DNA of 64,000 bases from Escherichia coli (lineage in GTDB: Bacteria; Pseudomonadota; Gammaproteobacteria; Enterobacterales; Enterobacteriaceae). A model generated the notes under the pieces. That model ran no database searches, was not told where the DNA came from, and saw only the letters and a program-made list of their open reading frames with translations. The first letter of the stretch is position 1. Each line of letters starts with the position of its first letter. Position numbers and translations under genes: made by a program. The DNA is taken from NCBI RefSeq assembly GCF_017348835.2, contig NZ_CP071375.1, one strand, 5' to 3'. Of this stretch, positions 45,929 through 57,136 are shown piece after piece.

Positions 45929-46712
45929 ACGCGCACCGTTTTTCCTCAAACTGGCGGCCTGGGGCGGCGTTGTTTTCCTACATTTTCCCATCCTGATAAT
46001 CGCCGCCTATGCGTTTAACACTGAAGATGCGGCGTTTAGTTTTCCACCGCAGGGCCTGACGCTGCGCTGGTTTAGCGTGGCAGCACAGCGTAGTGATATT
46101 CTTGATGCCGTGACACTGTCACTTAAAGTGGCGGCGCTGGCGACATTAATGGCGCTGGTGTTAGGGACGCTGGCAGCTGCCGCGCTGTGGCGACGAGACT
46201 TTTTCGGCAAAAACGCCATTTCGCTGTTACTGCTGCTGCCCATTGCGCTGCCGGGCATTGTCACTGGTCTGGCGTTATTAACCGCCTTTAAAACCATCAA
46301 TCTGGAGCCGGGATTTTTCACCATCGTGGTCGGTCATGCGACTTTTTGTGTAGTTGTGGTGTTTAACAATGTCATCGCCCGTTTTCGCCGCACCTCGTGG
46401 AGTCTGGTTGAGGCGTCAATGGATCTTGGGGCCAATGGCTGGCAAACCTTCCGCTACGTAGTGTTGCCGAATCTCAGTTCGGCGTTACTGGCAGGAGGAA
46501 TGCTGGCGTTTGCCTTGTCGTTCGATGAAATCATCGTTACGACCTTTACGGCAGGTCATGAACGAACGTTACCGTTGTGGTTGCTCAATCAGCTTGGGCG
46601 ACCGCGTGATGTACCGGTAACTAACGTGGTGGCACTGCTGGTTATGTTGGTAACAACCTTGCCGATCCTGGGGGCCTGGTGGCTAACCCGCGAAGGCGAC
46701 AATGGTCAATAA
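45918..46712 (+). CDS. ydcV: ABC transporter permease
   Basis: 264 aa polytopic membrane ORF overlapping ydcU. Confidence 0.9.
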   Translation: MHSERAPFFLKLAAWGGVVFLHFPILIIAAYAFNTEDAAFSFPPQGLTLRWFSVAAQRSDILDAVTLSLKVAALATLMALVLGTLAAAALWRRDFFGKNAISLLLLLPIALPGIVTGLALLTAFKTINLEPGFFTIVVGHATFCVVVVFNNVIARFRRTSWSLVEASMDLGANGWQTFRYVVLPNLSSALLAGGMLAFALSFDEIIVTTFTAGHERTLPLWLLNQLGRPRDVPVTNVVALLVMLVTTLPILGAWWLTREGDNGQ

Positions 46713-46733
46713 CCACTGATACAGGAATATGCT

Positions 46734-48158
46734 ATGCAACATAAGTTACTGATTAACGGAGAACTGGTTAGCGGCGAAGGGGAAAAACAGCCTGTCTATA
46801 ATCCGGCAACGGGGGACGTTTTACTGGAGATTGCCGAGGCATCCGCAGAGCAGGTCGATGCTGCTGTGCGCGCGGCAGATGCAGCATTTGCCGAATGGGG
46901 GCAAACCACGCCGAAAGTGCGTGCGGAATGTCTGCTGAAACTGGCTGATGTTATCGAAGAAAATGGTCAGGTTTTTGCCGAACTGGAGTCCCGTAATTGT
47001 GGCAAACCGCTGTATAGTGCGTTCAATGATGAAATCCCGGCGATTGTCGATGTTTTTCGCTTTTTCGCGGGTGCGGCGCGCTGTCTGAATGGTCTGGCGG
47101 CAGGTGAATATCTTGAAGGTCATACTTCGATGATCCGTCGCGATCCGTTGGGGGTCGTGGCTTCTATCGCACCGTGGAATTATCCGCTGATGATGGCCGC
47201 GTGGAAACTGGCTCCGGCGCTGGCGGCAGGGAACTGCGTAGTACTTAAACCATCAGAAATTACCCCGCTGACCGCGTTGAAGTTGGCAGAGCTGGCGAAA
47301 GATATCTTCCCAGCAGGCGTGATTAACGTACTGTTTGGCAGAGGCAAAACGGTGGGCGATCCGCTGACCGGACATCCTAAAGTGCGGATGGTGTCGCTGA
47401 CGGGCTCTATCGCCACTGGGGAACACATCATCAGCCATACTGCGCCGTCCATTAAGCGTACTCATATGGAACTTGGTGGCAAAGCGCCAGTGATTGTTTT
47501 TGATGATGCGGATATTGAAGCAGTGGTCGAAGGTGTACGTACATTTGGCTATTACAATGCCGGACAGGATTGTACTGCGGCTTGTCGGATCTACGCGCAA
47601 AAAGGCATTTACGATACTCTGGTGGAAAAACTGGGTGCTGCGGTGGCAACGTTAAAATCTGGTGCGCCGGATGACGAGTCTACGGAGCTTGGACCTTTAA
47701 GCTCGCTGGCGCATCTCGAACGCGTCAGCAAGGCAGTAGAAGAGGCGAAAGCGACAGGGCACATCAAAGTGATCACTGGCGGTGAAAAGCGCAAGGGTAA
47801 TGGCTATTACTATGCGCCGACGCTGCTGGCTGGCGCATTACAGGACGATGCCATCGTGCAAAAAGAGGTATTTGGTCCAGTAGTGAGTGTTACGCTCTTC
47901 GACAACGAAGAACAGGTGGTAAACTGGGCGAATGACAGCCAGTACGGACTTGCATCTTCGGTATGGACGAAAGATGTGGGCAGGGCGCATCGCGTCAGCG
48001 CACGGCTGCAATATGGTTGTACCTGGGTCAATACCCATTTCATGCTGGTAAGTGAAATGCCGCACGGTGGGCAGAAACTTTCTGGTTACGGCAAGGATAT
48101 GTCACTTTATGGGCTGGAGGATTACACCGTCGTCCGCCACGTCATGGTTAAACATTAA
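46734..48158 (+). CDS. patD: Gamma-aminobutyraldehyde dehydrogenase
   Basis: 474 aa aldehyde dehydrogenase ORF recognised as PatD (YdcW/Prr). Confidence 0.92.
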   Translation: MQHKLLINGELVSGEGEKQPVYNPATGDVLLEIAEASAEQVDAAVRAADAAFAEWGQTTPKVRAECLLKLADVIEENGQVFAELESRNCGKPLYSAFNDEIPAIVDVFRFFAGAARCLNGLAAGEYLEGHTSMIRRDPLGVVASIAPWNYPLMMAAWKLAPALAAGNCVVLKPSEITPLTALKLAELAKDIFPAGVINVLFGRGKTVGDPLTGHPKVRMVSLTGSIATGEHIISHTAPSIKRTHMELGGKAPVIVFDDADIEAVVEGVRTFGYYNAGQDCTAACRIYAQKGIYDTLVEKLGAAVATLKSGAPDDESTELGPLSSLAHLERVSKAVEEAKATGHIKVITGGEKRKGNGYYYAPTLLAGALQDDAIVQKEVFGPVVSVTLFDNEEQVVNWANDSQYGLASSVWTKDVGRAHRVSARLQYGCTWVNTHFMLVSEMPHGGQKLSGYGKDMSLYGLEDYTVVRHVMVKH

Positions 48159-48254
48159 GGATAATATTGCAGATCGTAAGAGTATGAGATGATCTTGCGT
48201 ACTGTCAGAGCACTGATTTCTCTGACAGTACGTGCTGCGTGCAAAATCACTACA

Positions 48255-48350
48255 TCAAATAAACCAGCCAAATCTCATAGAGATAAGAGTAAGCAAACCA
48301 ACAGCAGCAAAGACATTTATCAGTACTACAGTTCTACTGGAAACATTCAT
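48255..48350 (-). CDS. yncL: Small membrane protein YncL (31 aa)
   Basis: Minus-strand ORF MNVSSRTVVLINVFAAVGLLTLISMRFGWFI matches the recalled YncL sequence and its patD-ortT location; below the ORF-track size cutoff. Confidence 0.7.
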   Translation of the reverse strand: MNVSSRTVVLINVFAAVGLLTLISMRFGWFI

Positions 48351-48544
48351 TTTTGCCACCTTTTATCATTGCCCCTATGTGTATAGTACGGGTTAAGAAA
48401 ATCCGCAATAATACTCATTCTGAAGATGGATAAGGGCAAGTTGCTGTTTGATGTTTTTTTCTCAAACCGGTTAAAAAACTTGATGCACGTCAAAAAATGA
48501 CGCATATTTGCGCGCGTTTTATTCATCTGGCTGGACGCCCGTAC

Positions 48545-48718
48545 ATGTCTCTCTATCAACACATGCTTGTTTTTTATGCGGTTATGGCAGCAATCGCATT
48601 TCTTATCACCTGGTTTCTTTCTCACGATAAGAAACGCATCCGTTTCTTAAGCGCCTTTCTGGTGGGGGCAACATGGCCGATGAGTTTCCCGGTGGCGCTG
48701 TTGTTTTCACTGTTTTAA
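48545..48718 (+). CDS. ortT: Orphan toxin OrtT (YdcX), small membrane protein
   Basis: 57 aa from ATG at 48545 (MSLYQHMLVFYAVMAAIAFLITWFLSHDKK...). Confidence 0.8.
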   Translation: MSLYQHMLVFYAVMAAIAFLITWFLSHDKKRIRFLSAFLVGATWPMSFPVALLFSLF

Positions 48719-48803
48719 ATCTTACTCACTGGCTTGACGGCACCACGCAGACTTATATCATTTGGATAAATCGATAAATTTCACAAGTGGCTAAGGAGAA
48801 AGT

Positions 48804-49037
48804 ATGTCGCATCTGGATGAAGTCATCGCGCGCGTGGATGCCGCGATTGAAGAGAGCGTCATTGCCCATATGAACGAATTATTAATCGCCCTGAGCGATG
48901 ACGCGGAGTTAAGTCGGGAAGATCGCTACACCCAGCAGCAGCGTTTGCGCACCGCTATTGCTCATCACGGTCGCAAGCATAAAGAAGATATGGAAGCGCG
49001 CCATGAACAGTTAACCAAAGGCGGCACCATCCTGTGA
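48804..49037 (+). CDS. ydcY: DUF2526 family small protein YdcY
   Basis: 77 aa ORF with RBS. Confidence 0.85.
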   Translation: MSHLDEVIARVDAAIEESVIAHMNELLIALSDDAELSREDRYTQQQRLRTAIAHHGRKHKEDMEARHEQLTKGGTIL

Positions 49038-49487
49038 TTAAAATGAGCGTCTGGCTACCAACCAGGCGCCAACCACAAGTAAAATTGCGCCACAAATTGG
49101 GCCGAACAACGCCCGTAGTGGTACGCCATGACTGCGGAAGATATCCAGAACCAGACCGCCAATCAGCTGGCTGGCGACCAGTACTGCAATAGTTGTCGCC
49201 GCTCCCACATTCTGATATCCGCTGATACTGGCGAAGACAAAAAACGATCCCAGCAAGCCAGGTATAAGTGTCCACCAGCGCACGCTGGACACCAGTTCGC
49301 CAAACCCCGCCATACCTTGTTTAAACCATAAAATAGAAACAAAGAGCACAATCCCCACCAGTGAGTTCAGCAACATGGCGATGAGAATGGTAGAGGAGGT
49401 CTGGGTGATGCGCACCATCAGCGTGTTCTGGACTACCAGACCAATTCCGGCGGCAATCAAAAAGGCAAGGGTGAGCGACTGATTCAT
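49038..49487 (-). CDS. ydcZ: DMT-superfamily inner membrane protein YdcZ
   Basis: 149 aa hydrophobic ORF. Confidence 0.88.
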   Translation of the reverse strand: MNQSLTLAFLIAAGIGLVVQNTLMVRITQTSSTILIAMLLNSLVGIVLFVSILWFKQGMAGFGELVSSVRWWTLIPGLLGSFFVFASISGYQNVGAATTIAVLVASQLIGGLVLDIFRSHGVPLRALFGPICGAILLVVGAWLVARRSF

Positions 49488-50002
49488 CCAATCGCGTCCG
49501 GTTCAGTGCGTTCGTCGAGTTGCAACTGCATAAATGTCAGATCCAGCCAGCGCCCAAATTTAGTGCCCACCTGCGGCATTTGTGCGGTGACGACAAATCC
49601 CAGCGACTGGTGCAGATGCAGCGAGGCCTGATTTTGCGATTCGATCCCGGCGACCATGACATGCTTCCCGCAATCCCGCGCTTCATCAATCAATCGGCTT
49701 AACAATTTACGCCCCAGACCTTTGCCCTGATGATCGGGATGGACATAAACCGAATGTTCCACGGTATGGCGAAAACCATCGAAACTACGCCAGTCGCCAA
49801 ATGAGGCATATCCCGTAACTACGCCATCTTCTTCACTTACCAGCACCGGATAACCTGCTATGGTCCGCGCTTCAAACCAGGCAATGCGGTTATCTGCATC
49901 CACCGTTTGGTCATTCCAGATAGCCGCCGTATACAACACGGCGTGGTTATAAATTTCCGCAATGGCAGCACAGTCGGCTTTGCGGGCAAAACGGATGGAC
50001 AT
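49484..50002 (-). CDS. mnaT: L-amino acid (methionine derivative) N-acyltransferase, GNAT family
   Basis: 172 aa from ATG at 50002 (MSIRFARKADCAAIAEIYNHAV...); stop overlaps ydcZ start. Confidence 0.88.
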   Translation of the reverse strand: MSIRFARKADCAAIAEIYNHAVLYTAAIWNDQTVDADNRIAWFEARTIAGYPVLVSEEDGVVTGYASFGDWRSFDGFRHTVEHSVYVHPDHQGKGLGRKLLSRLIDEARDCGKHVMVAGIESQNQASLHLHQSLGFVVTAQMPQVGTKFGRWLDLTFMQLQLDERTEPDAIG

Positions 50003-50182
50003 GTCTGGCCTCAATAAAATAATGATGATGATGTTATCAATACTATCGAAAACAGCCCGAAGCAACGGATTCCTCGATGAAATTATTGCGTGTTGCAGAG
50101 GGGATGTGACGGCTGCAAACAAAACCAATCCCGTGAGCCTGCTACTATTGATGGATTCATGCCAAAAGCACAGGAGAGCATT

Positions 50183-51220
50183 ATGGGGCAACAAAAGCAG
50201 CGTAATCGACGTTGGGTTCTGGCCTCGCGTCCGCATGGCGCACCGGTTCCGGAGAATTTCCGTCTTGAAGAAGATGATGTCGCCACACCGGGTGAAGGAC
50301 AGGTGTTACTGCGCACAGTTTATTTGTCCCTGGACCCGTATATGCGTGGACGTATGAGCGATGAGCCATCTTATTCACCGCCGGTTGATATTGGCGGCGT
50401 GATGGTCGGCGGTACGGTGAGCCGTGTCGTGGAGTCGAATCATCCTGATTATCAGCCTGGCGACTGGGTGCTGGGCTACAGTGGATGGCAGGACTATGAC
50501 ATATCCAGTGGTGATGATCTTGTGAAACTTGGCGATCATCCGCAAAATCCATCGTGGTCGCTGGGTGTGCTAGGGATGCCAGGCTTTACCGCTTATATGG
50601 GCCTACTGGATATCGGTCAACCTAAAGAGGGCGAAACATTGGTGGTTGCTGCGGCGACAGGTCCTGTGGGAGCAACGGTAGGGCAAATCGGCAAACTTAA
50701 AGGTTGCAGGGTGGTGGGGGTAGCCGGTGGCGCGGAAAAATGCCGCCATGCTACCGAGATGTTAGGCTTCGATGTTTGTCTTGACCATCACGCGGATGAT
50801 TTTGCCGATCAACTGGCGAAAGCGTGCCCAAAAGGTATTGATATCTATTATGAAAACGTGGGCGGTAAGGTATTCGATGCGGTGCTACCGTTACTTAATA
50901 CATCTGCGCGCATTCCCGTTTGCGGCTTAGTGAGCAGCTATAACGCTACAGAGCTACCACCCGGTCCGGATCGTTTACCCCTGTTGATGGCAACGGTGCT
51001 GAAAAAACGTATTCGCTTGCAAGGGTTTATTATCGCTCAGGATTATGGTCACCGCATCCATGAGTTTCAGAAGGAGATGGGGCAATGGGTGAAAGAGGAT
51101 AAAATCCACTACCGAGAAGAAATTACTGACGGTTTAGAGAATGCGCCACAGACGTTTATCGGCCTGCTGAAGGGTAAAAACTTCGGCAAAGTGGTGATCC
51201 GCGTGGCGGGTGATGATTAA
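50183..51220 (+). CDS. curA: NADPH-dependent curcumin/dihydrocurcumin reductase (MDR family)
   Basis: 345 aa from ATG at 50183 (MGQQKQRNRRWVLASRPHG...). Confidence 0.9.
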   Translation: MGQQKQRNRRWVLASRPHGAPVPENFRLEEDDVATPGEGQVLLRTVYLSLDPYMRGRMSDEPSYSPPVDIGGVMVGGTVSRVVESNHPDYQPGDWVLGYSGWQDYDISSGDDLVKLGDHPQNPSWSLGVLGMPGFTAYMGLLDIGQPKEGETLVVAAATGPVGATVGQIGKLKGCRVVGVAGGAEKCRHATEMLGFDVCLDHHADDFADQLAKACPKGIDIYYENVGGKVFDAVLPLLNTSARIPVCGLVSSYNATELPPGPDRLPLLMATVLKKRIRLQGFIIAQDYGHRIHEFQKEMGQWVKEDKIHYREEITDGLENAPQTFIGLLKGKNFGKVVIRVAGDD

Positions 51221-51417
51221 AGTTTCAACGGCGGCGTAAGCCGCCATAAAAATCCAGGCAAAAAGCTTATTTTCAGCTTTAATTAACTAACCACGTCATT
51301 GTTCTGCTGCTAATAACAACAAAGGTGAGTGGTTTATGATTATTCACTTTAATACACCAGGTGAACTCCTTCTGCCATGCAGGCAGGGTTGGACAGAAAA
51401 CACGCGAAGGAATTAAA

Positions 51418-52083
51418 ATGCCTGGAACGGGAAAAATGAAACATGTCAGTTTGACTCTGCAGGTTGAGAACGACCTGAAACATCAGCTTAGTATTGGCGC
51501 ATTAAAACCTGGCGCACGCCTGATTACTAAAAATCTGGCGGAGCAATTAGGTATGAGTATTACACCTGTGCGTGAAGCATTATTACGTCTGGTTTCGGTG
51601 AATGCGCTTTCTGTCACACCAGCGCAAGCATTTACAGTTCCGGAAGTGGGGAAACGTCAATTAGACGAAATCAATCGGATCCGCTACGAACTGGAATTAA
51701 TGGCAGTTACTCTGGCTGTTGAAAACCTCACACCGCCAGACCTGGCGGAACTCCAGGAATTGCTTGAGAAATTACTGCAGGCGCAAGAAAAGGGCGACAT
51801 GGAACAAATCATTAATGCGAACAGGCTATTTCGCTTAGCGATTTATCATCGCTCAAATATGCCCATCCTGTGTGAGATGATTGAGCAACTGTGGGTCAGG
51901 ATGGGACCTGGTTTACATTATCTCTATGAAGTGATTAATCCAGCGGAATTACGGGAGCGTATAGAAAACTATCGTCTATTACTCGCCGCGTTAAAAGCAA
52001 AAGACAAAGAGGGATGCAGACATTGTCTTGCTGAAATTATGCAACAAAATATTGCTATTTTATACCAGCAATACAATCGTTAA
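51418..52083 (+). CDS. mcbR: GntR-family regulator McbR (biofilm/colanic acid regulation)
   Basis: 221 aa from ATG at 51418 (MPGTGKMKHVSLTLQVEND...). Confidence 0.88.
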   Translation: MPGTGKMKHVSLTLQVENDLKHQLSIGALKPGARLITKNLAEQLGMSITPVREALLRLVSVNALSVTPAQAFTVPEVGKRQLDEINRIRYELELMAVTLAVENLTPPDLAELQELLEKLLQAQEKGDMEQIINANRLFRLAIYHRSNMPILCEMIEQLWVRMGPGLHYLYEVINPAELRERIENYRLLLAALKAKDKEGCRHCLAEIMQQNIAILYQQYNR

Positions 52084-52118
52084 AGTAAATGCCCGGCAAA
52101 TACCGGGCATCAAGGTAA

Positions 52119-54221
52119 TTACTCAAATCGCCATGCGATATTCACGCCGACACCATAATTTCGCCCGGGCGCAGGTTCGTAATATCGCCCGTTTGACTCA
52201 TTGACAATGACAGAGCCAACGTATTCTTTATCGAATAAATTATCGACACGACCAAATAAATCCACAGTTAAATTGTGGTAATTGTATTTATACCCGGTGA
52301 ATAAGCCGACGAGAGTATAAGACGGCGCTTTGGCCGTATTTTCATCATCTGCCATAATATCGCCCATATAACGCGCTTCCGTGCCTGCATACCAACCATC
52401 TTCCGGTACATAACCTATCGACGCAAAGCCCATATTACGGGCGATCCCTGGCATCCGATTACCGTTACAATCCTGTTCGTTGCAAACATTGCTGCGATAG
52501 GTCGCATCAAGCCAGGTCCAGGACGCGTTTACGCGAAAATCTCCCGCGAAACGTTGATCCCATGCCAGTTCAGCGCCTTGACGACGGGTCTTTCCGGCAT
52601 TTTTGTAAGTCGTACGCCCACCGCTACTGCTATCGACAACAATTTCATCATCGGTGTCGGTCTGGAACAATGCGAGACTAAGCAGCCCATCACCAATACG
52701 CGTTTTACTGCCGATCTCAATTGTATCGTTGGTGGATGGTTTTAAACCAAAGTTCATACCGCTTTGCCCATCAGCGCGATAAGACAGCTCATTAATCGTC
52801 GGCGTTTCAAAACCACGCCCGGCTGCCAGATAGATATTCCAGGCATCGGTCATTGCATATTTTAACGATCCGGCTGGTAGCCATTTGTGGTAACTGGCAT
52901 CACCGCTGTCATCGCCGTTACCCGGAGTAATGTAATGGTCGTTGGAATCAAACCACACGGAGCTGTAGCGCACGCCAGCATCCAGCGACAGTTTTTCGCT
53001 CAGCTGCCACTGCGTCTGTAAATAGGGATCGATGTTCCACATCAGATTGCGTTCGTCGCGACGCAACTCACCTTTTTGCCCGTACTCCGGCATGCCGCTA
53101 TTCAGGCGGAAGTTATTGTAGCCCTTGCGGTTTTCACTCATGTTTTCGTAGTTCAGGCCGGTAGTGAACGTGACCGGAACGCCCAGTTCACCACGGTGTG
53201 TCCAGCGGCTGTCTATTCCCTGGTAATGGCGTTGCAGGGTAATCACGCCGCCCGCATGTGACGGGTTAAGTTGTGGTGCCATGGGTATTGACTGGTACTG
53301 GGTCGTTTCTCGCTCTCCGGCATACATCATCACACTCATATCATCCCGCGAACTCAGGCTACGTTCATAGCGCAACCCAGCCTGAGTTTGCTTGATGGTT
53401 TTTCGCGTGTCGTACTGTTCTGCACGAGGCGCTTGTTGTGGATTCGCCTTCCATTCTGCTTTGGTTAGCCCACCTGGGTCATCTGCTTTGATATCCACAC
53501 TATTGAAAATCAGGCTTAATTTGCTGGCTTCATCAATGCGTACGCCCAGTTTGGCATTGGCTAAATTTTTCTGTGCGCCACTATGGTCACGATATCCGTG
53601 GGTCGTAAAACGCGTGGTTGAGACGGTGTAATCAACATCGCCGGGCTGTGTGCCGTCTCCCGTTGCGCCCGTTGCTTTCAGCCCATAGCGCCAGCTGCCA
53701 AAACTGCCGTAGTAACTACTGGCTTCAATGGTTGGTGGCTGTTGTCCGGTCTGGGTGGTGACATTCATTACACCGCCAGACGCGTTGCCATACAGGGCAG
53801 AAAAGGGGCCACGCAGCACTTCCACATTTTGCACACTGCTTAAATCGATGTTGGATGTTTGCCCTTGCCCGTCGGGCATGGTGGCGGGAATACCGTCCAC
53901 ATACAGGCGAATACCGCGAATTCCGTAAGTGGAACGGGAGCCAAATCCGCGAATCGACAGCTGTAAATCTTGCGCATAGTTCTGCCGGTTTTGTACCTGC
54001 AAACCAGGCACGCCGGTCAGTGATTCGGACAAGTTAATGCGCGGTGTTGCCAGGCGCATCTCCTCGCCATCCTCCACGCTTACTGCTGCAGGGGTATCCA
54101 GTTCTGAAACCACCTGCGGCGCGGCACTGACAATCATGGTCTGTTCATCAGCGGCAAAAACAACGGGGGAAAGGACAAGCAGGGCGGGCAAAACGGTCTG
54201 TCGAACAAAAACAATCTTCAT
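52119..54221 (-). CDS. yncD: TonB-dependent outer membrane receptor
   Basis: 700 aa ORF with signal peptide and C-terminal aromatic residue (AWRFE). Confidence 0.9.
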   Translation of the reverse strand: MKIVFVRQTVLPALLVLSPVVFAADEQTMIVSAAPQVVSELDTPAAVSVEDGEEMRLATPRINLSESLTGVPGLQVQNRQNYAQDLQLSIRGFGSRSTYGIRGIRLYVDGIPATMPDGQGQTSNIDLSSVQNVEVLRGPFSALYGNASGGVMNVTTQTGQQPPTIEASSYYGSFGSWRYGLKATGATGDGTQPGDVDYTVSTTRFTTHGYRDHSGAQKNLANAKLGVRIDEASKLSLIFNSVDIKADDPGGLTKAEWKANPQQAPRAEQYDTRKTIKQTQAGLRYERSLSSRDDMSVMMYAGERETTQYQSIPMAPQLNPSHAGGVITLQRHYQGIDSRWTHRGELGVPVTFTTGLNYENMSENRKGYNNFRLNSGMPEYGQKGELRRDERNLMWNIDPYLQTQWQLSEKLSLDAGVRYSSVWFDSNDHYITPGNGDDSGDASYHKWLPAGSLKYAMTDAWNIYLAAGRGFETPTINELSYRADGQSGMNFGLKPSTNDTIEIGSKTRIGDGLLSLALFQTDTDDEIVVDSSSGGRTTYKNAGKTRRQGAELAWDQRFAGDFRVNASWTWLDATYRSNVCNEQDCNGNRMPGIARNMGFASIGYVPEDGWYAGTEARYMGDIMADDENTAKAPSYTLVGLFTGYKYNYHNLTVDLFGRVDNLFDKEYVGSVIVNESNGRYYEPAPGRNYGVGVNIAWRFE

Positions 54222-54462
54222 GAAAAAAGCCAGGTTAAGAATGGGAAAACACCGTCATGGTAATAAAATTGTAAATTTATGGAAAACGAAACGGCACTAT
54301 ACGTTAATTAATTGAGAAAATTGTAGTCGTAACGGCAAGAAATGCTCCACATTTGAGAAAATAATGATTACCATTCCCATTTATAACAAGAGCGTAACGA
54401 TGATTACGCTTAGCGAAGCATTGTGAAGCAGCAAAAATATCGGTTCATCAAAGGGAGTCGTC

Positions 54463-55524
54463 ATGCATTTACGTCATCTGTTTTCATCGCGCCTGCGTGG
54501 TTCATTACTGTTAGGTTCATTGCTTGTTGCTTCATCATTCAGTACACAGGCCGCAGAAGAAATGCTGCGTAAAGCGGTAGGTAAAGGTGCCTACGAAATG
54601 GCTTATAGCCAGCAAGAAAACGCGCTGTGGCTCGCCACTTCGCAAAGCCGCAAACTGGATAAAGGTGGCGTGGTTTATCGTCTTGATCCGGTCACTCTGG
54701 AAGTTACGCAGGCGATCCACAACGATCTCAAGCCGTTTGGTGTCACCATCAATAACACGACTCAGACGTTGTGGTTTGGTAACACCGTAAACAGCGCGGT
54801 CACGGCGATAGATGCCAAAACGGGCGAAGTGAAAGGCCGTCTGGTGCTGGATGATCGTAAGCGCACGGAAGAGGTGCGCCCGCTGCAACCGCGTGAGCTG
54901 GTAGCTGATGATGCCACGAACACCGTTTACATCAGTGGTATTGGTAAAGAGAGCGTGATTTGGGTCGTTGATGGCGAGAATATCAAACTGAAAACCGCCA
55001 TCCAGAACACCGGGAAAATGAGTACCGGTCTGGCGCTGGATAGCAAAGGCAAACGTCTTTACACCACTAACGCTGACGGCGAAATGATTACCATCGACAC
55101 CGCCGACAATAAAATCCTCAGCCGTAAAAAGCTGCTGGATGACGGCAAAGAGCACTTCTTTATCAACATTAGCCTTGATACCGCCAGGCAGCGTGCATTT
55201 ATCACCGATTCTAAAGCCGCAGAAGTGTTAGTGGTCGATACCCGTAATGGCAATATTCTGGCGAAGGTTGCGGCACCGGAATCACTGGCTGTGCTGTTTA
55301 ACCCCGCGCGTAATGAAGCCTACGTAACGCATCGTCAGGCAGGTAAAGTCAGTGTGATTGACGCGAAAAGCTATAAAGTGGTGAAAACGTTCGATACGCC
55401 GACTCATCCAAACAGCCTGGCGCTGTCTGCCGATGGCAAAACGCTGTATGTCAGTGTGAAACAAAAATCCACTAAACAGCAGGAAGCTACCCAGCCAGAC
55501 GATGTGATTCGTATTGCGCTGTAA
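54463..55524 (+). CDS. yncE: Periplasmic seven-bladed beta-propeller protein
   Basis: 353 aa ORF with signal peptide. Confidence 0.9.
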   Translation: MHLRHLFSSRLRGSLLLGSLLVASSFSTQAAEEMLRKAVGKGAYEMAYSQQENALWLATSQSRKLDKGGVVYRLDPVTLEVTQAIHNDLKPFGVTINNTTQTLWFGNTVNSAVTAIDAKTGEVKGRLVLDDRKRTEEVRPLQPRELVADDATNTVYISGIGKESVIWVVDGENIKLKTAIQNTGKMSTGLALDSKGKRLYTTNADGEMITIDTADNKILSRKKLLDDGKEHFFINISLDTARQRAFITDSKAAEVLVVDTRNGNILAKVAAPESLAVLFNPARNEAYVTHRQAGKVSVIDAKSYKVVKTFDTPTHPNSLALSADGKTLYVSVKQKSTKQQEATQPDDVIRIAL

Positions 55525-55636
55525 TAGATATGGCGAGGGTGAAAACGGAGAGACTTGCCTGACTTTTATCACGCCGCATGCGGCACCTTCGTCAGTAATC
55601 TAAATTTGCCCGGCACGTAGCCGGGCAATTTTGCAA

Positions 55637-57136
55637 TTAGCTCGCCGTTTCAGGCTTAAACACAATTTCCTGTTTTTCTTCATCTTCCTCGACGACTGGC
55701 GCAGTGCTGTGAATTTCAGCAACGCGTTTGCGCACACCAAACCAGCCTATAACCAGCAGAATACCGATAATCGGCAGCGCCGCGATAGTATAAGTCCCGT
55801 TCGGGTAATCGAACGCCATCAGCACAAGGACACTCAGTAAAAACAGTAATGTCAGCCAGGAAGTGAAGGGCGCGCCAGGCAGTTTAAAACTGACATCCGC
55901 TGCTTTGCCTTCTTTAATCGCTTTACGCAGGCGCATCTGGCACACGATGATAAACGCCCATGAAGCGATGATTCCCAGCGACGCGAAGTTCAACACAATC
56001 TCAAATACGCGCGACGGCACCAGATAGTTGAGGAATACGCCGACGACATACACAACCAGTGTCGCCAGAATCCCGGCATACGGCACATGCTGACGACTCA
56101 TTTTCGCCATAAAACTCGGTGCGGAACCGCCCATCGCCATTGAGCGCAGAATACGTCCGGTGCAGTACAGACCTGAATTCAGGCTGGAGAGGGCAGCGGT
56201 CAGCACCACAATGTTCATAATGCTGCCGATATATGGCACACCCAGTTTAGAGAAAAACGTCACGAACGGACTTTGCCCCGCCTGATACGCGCTCCACGGC
56301 AATAACATAACCAGCAACACCACGGAGCCGACGTAAAACAGGCCAATACGCCAAATCACACTGTTAATCGCTTTAGGTACCATGGTCTGCGGATCTTTAC
56401 ATTCTCCGGCAGCTGTACCCACCATTTCAATGGAGGCAAAAGCAAACACTACGCCCTGAATCAACACCAGCGCAGGCAGCAAACCGTGGGGGAAGAAGCC
56501 GCCATTATCGGTGATTAAATGAAAGCCTGTGGTGTTGCCATCCAGCGGCTGACCACTACCGAGGAACACTGTACCTACGACCAAAAAGGTCACAATGGCG
56601 AGCACTTTAATAAGCGCAAACCAGAACTCCATCTCCGCAAACCATTTCACACCGATCATATTCATGGTGCCAACGATGGTAAGTGCAGCGAGCGCAAAGA
56701 CCCACTGCGGCACGCCGCCAAACGCACCCCAGTAATGCATATACAGAGCGACGGCGGTAATATCAACAATCCCCGTCATCGCCCAGTTGATGAAGTACAT
56801 CCAGCCAGCAACATAAGCGGCTTTCTCACCCAAAAACTCACGGGCATAAGAGACAAAACTGCCACTGGAAGGGCGGTGTAGCACCAGCTCACCCAATGCA
56901 CGCAGAATAAAAAACGAAAACAAGCCACAAATTAAATAAACCAGTGCCAGTGCTGGACCCGCCATTTGCAGTCGGGCTCCTGCACCTAAAAACAAGCCGG
57001 TGCCAATCGCGCCGCCAATGGCGATCATCTGTACCTGGCGATTGCCCATCGCTTTGTGATACCCCTCTTCGTGGGCATTAAGCCAGCGGCGTTTCGCGGC
57101 GTGTTGATCTGAAGTGTCGGTGTCGTGTTTACTCAT
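55637..57136 (-). CDS. ansP: L-asparagine permease (APC family)
   Basis: 499 aa from ATG at 57136 (MSKHDTDTSDQHAAKRRWLNAHEEGYHKAMGNRQVQMIAIGG...). Confidence 0.92.
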   Translation of the reverse strand: MSKHDTDTSDQHAAKRRWLNAHEEGYHKAMGNRQVQMIAIGGAIGTGLFLGAGARLQMAGPALALVYLICGLFSFFILRALGELVLHRPSSGSFVSYAREFLGEKAAYVAGWMYFINWAMTGIVDITAVALYMHYWGAFGGVPQWVFALAALTIVGTMNMIGVKWFAEMEFWFALIKVLAIVTFLVVGTVFLGSGQPLDGNTTGFHLITDNGGFFPHGLLPALVLIQGVVFAFASIEMVGTAAGECKDPQTMVPKAINSVIWRIGLFYVGSVVLLVMLLPWSAYQAGQSPFVTFFSKLGVPYIGSIMNIVVLTAALSSLNSGLYCTGRILRSMAMGGSAPSFMAKMSRQHVPYAGILATLVVYVVGVFLNYLVPSRVFEIVLNFASLGIIASWAFIIVCQMRLRKAIKEGKAADVSFKLPGAPFTSWLTLLFLLSVLVLMAFDYPNGTYTIAALPIIGILLVIGWFGVRKRVAEIHSTAPVVEEDEEKQEIVFKPETAS

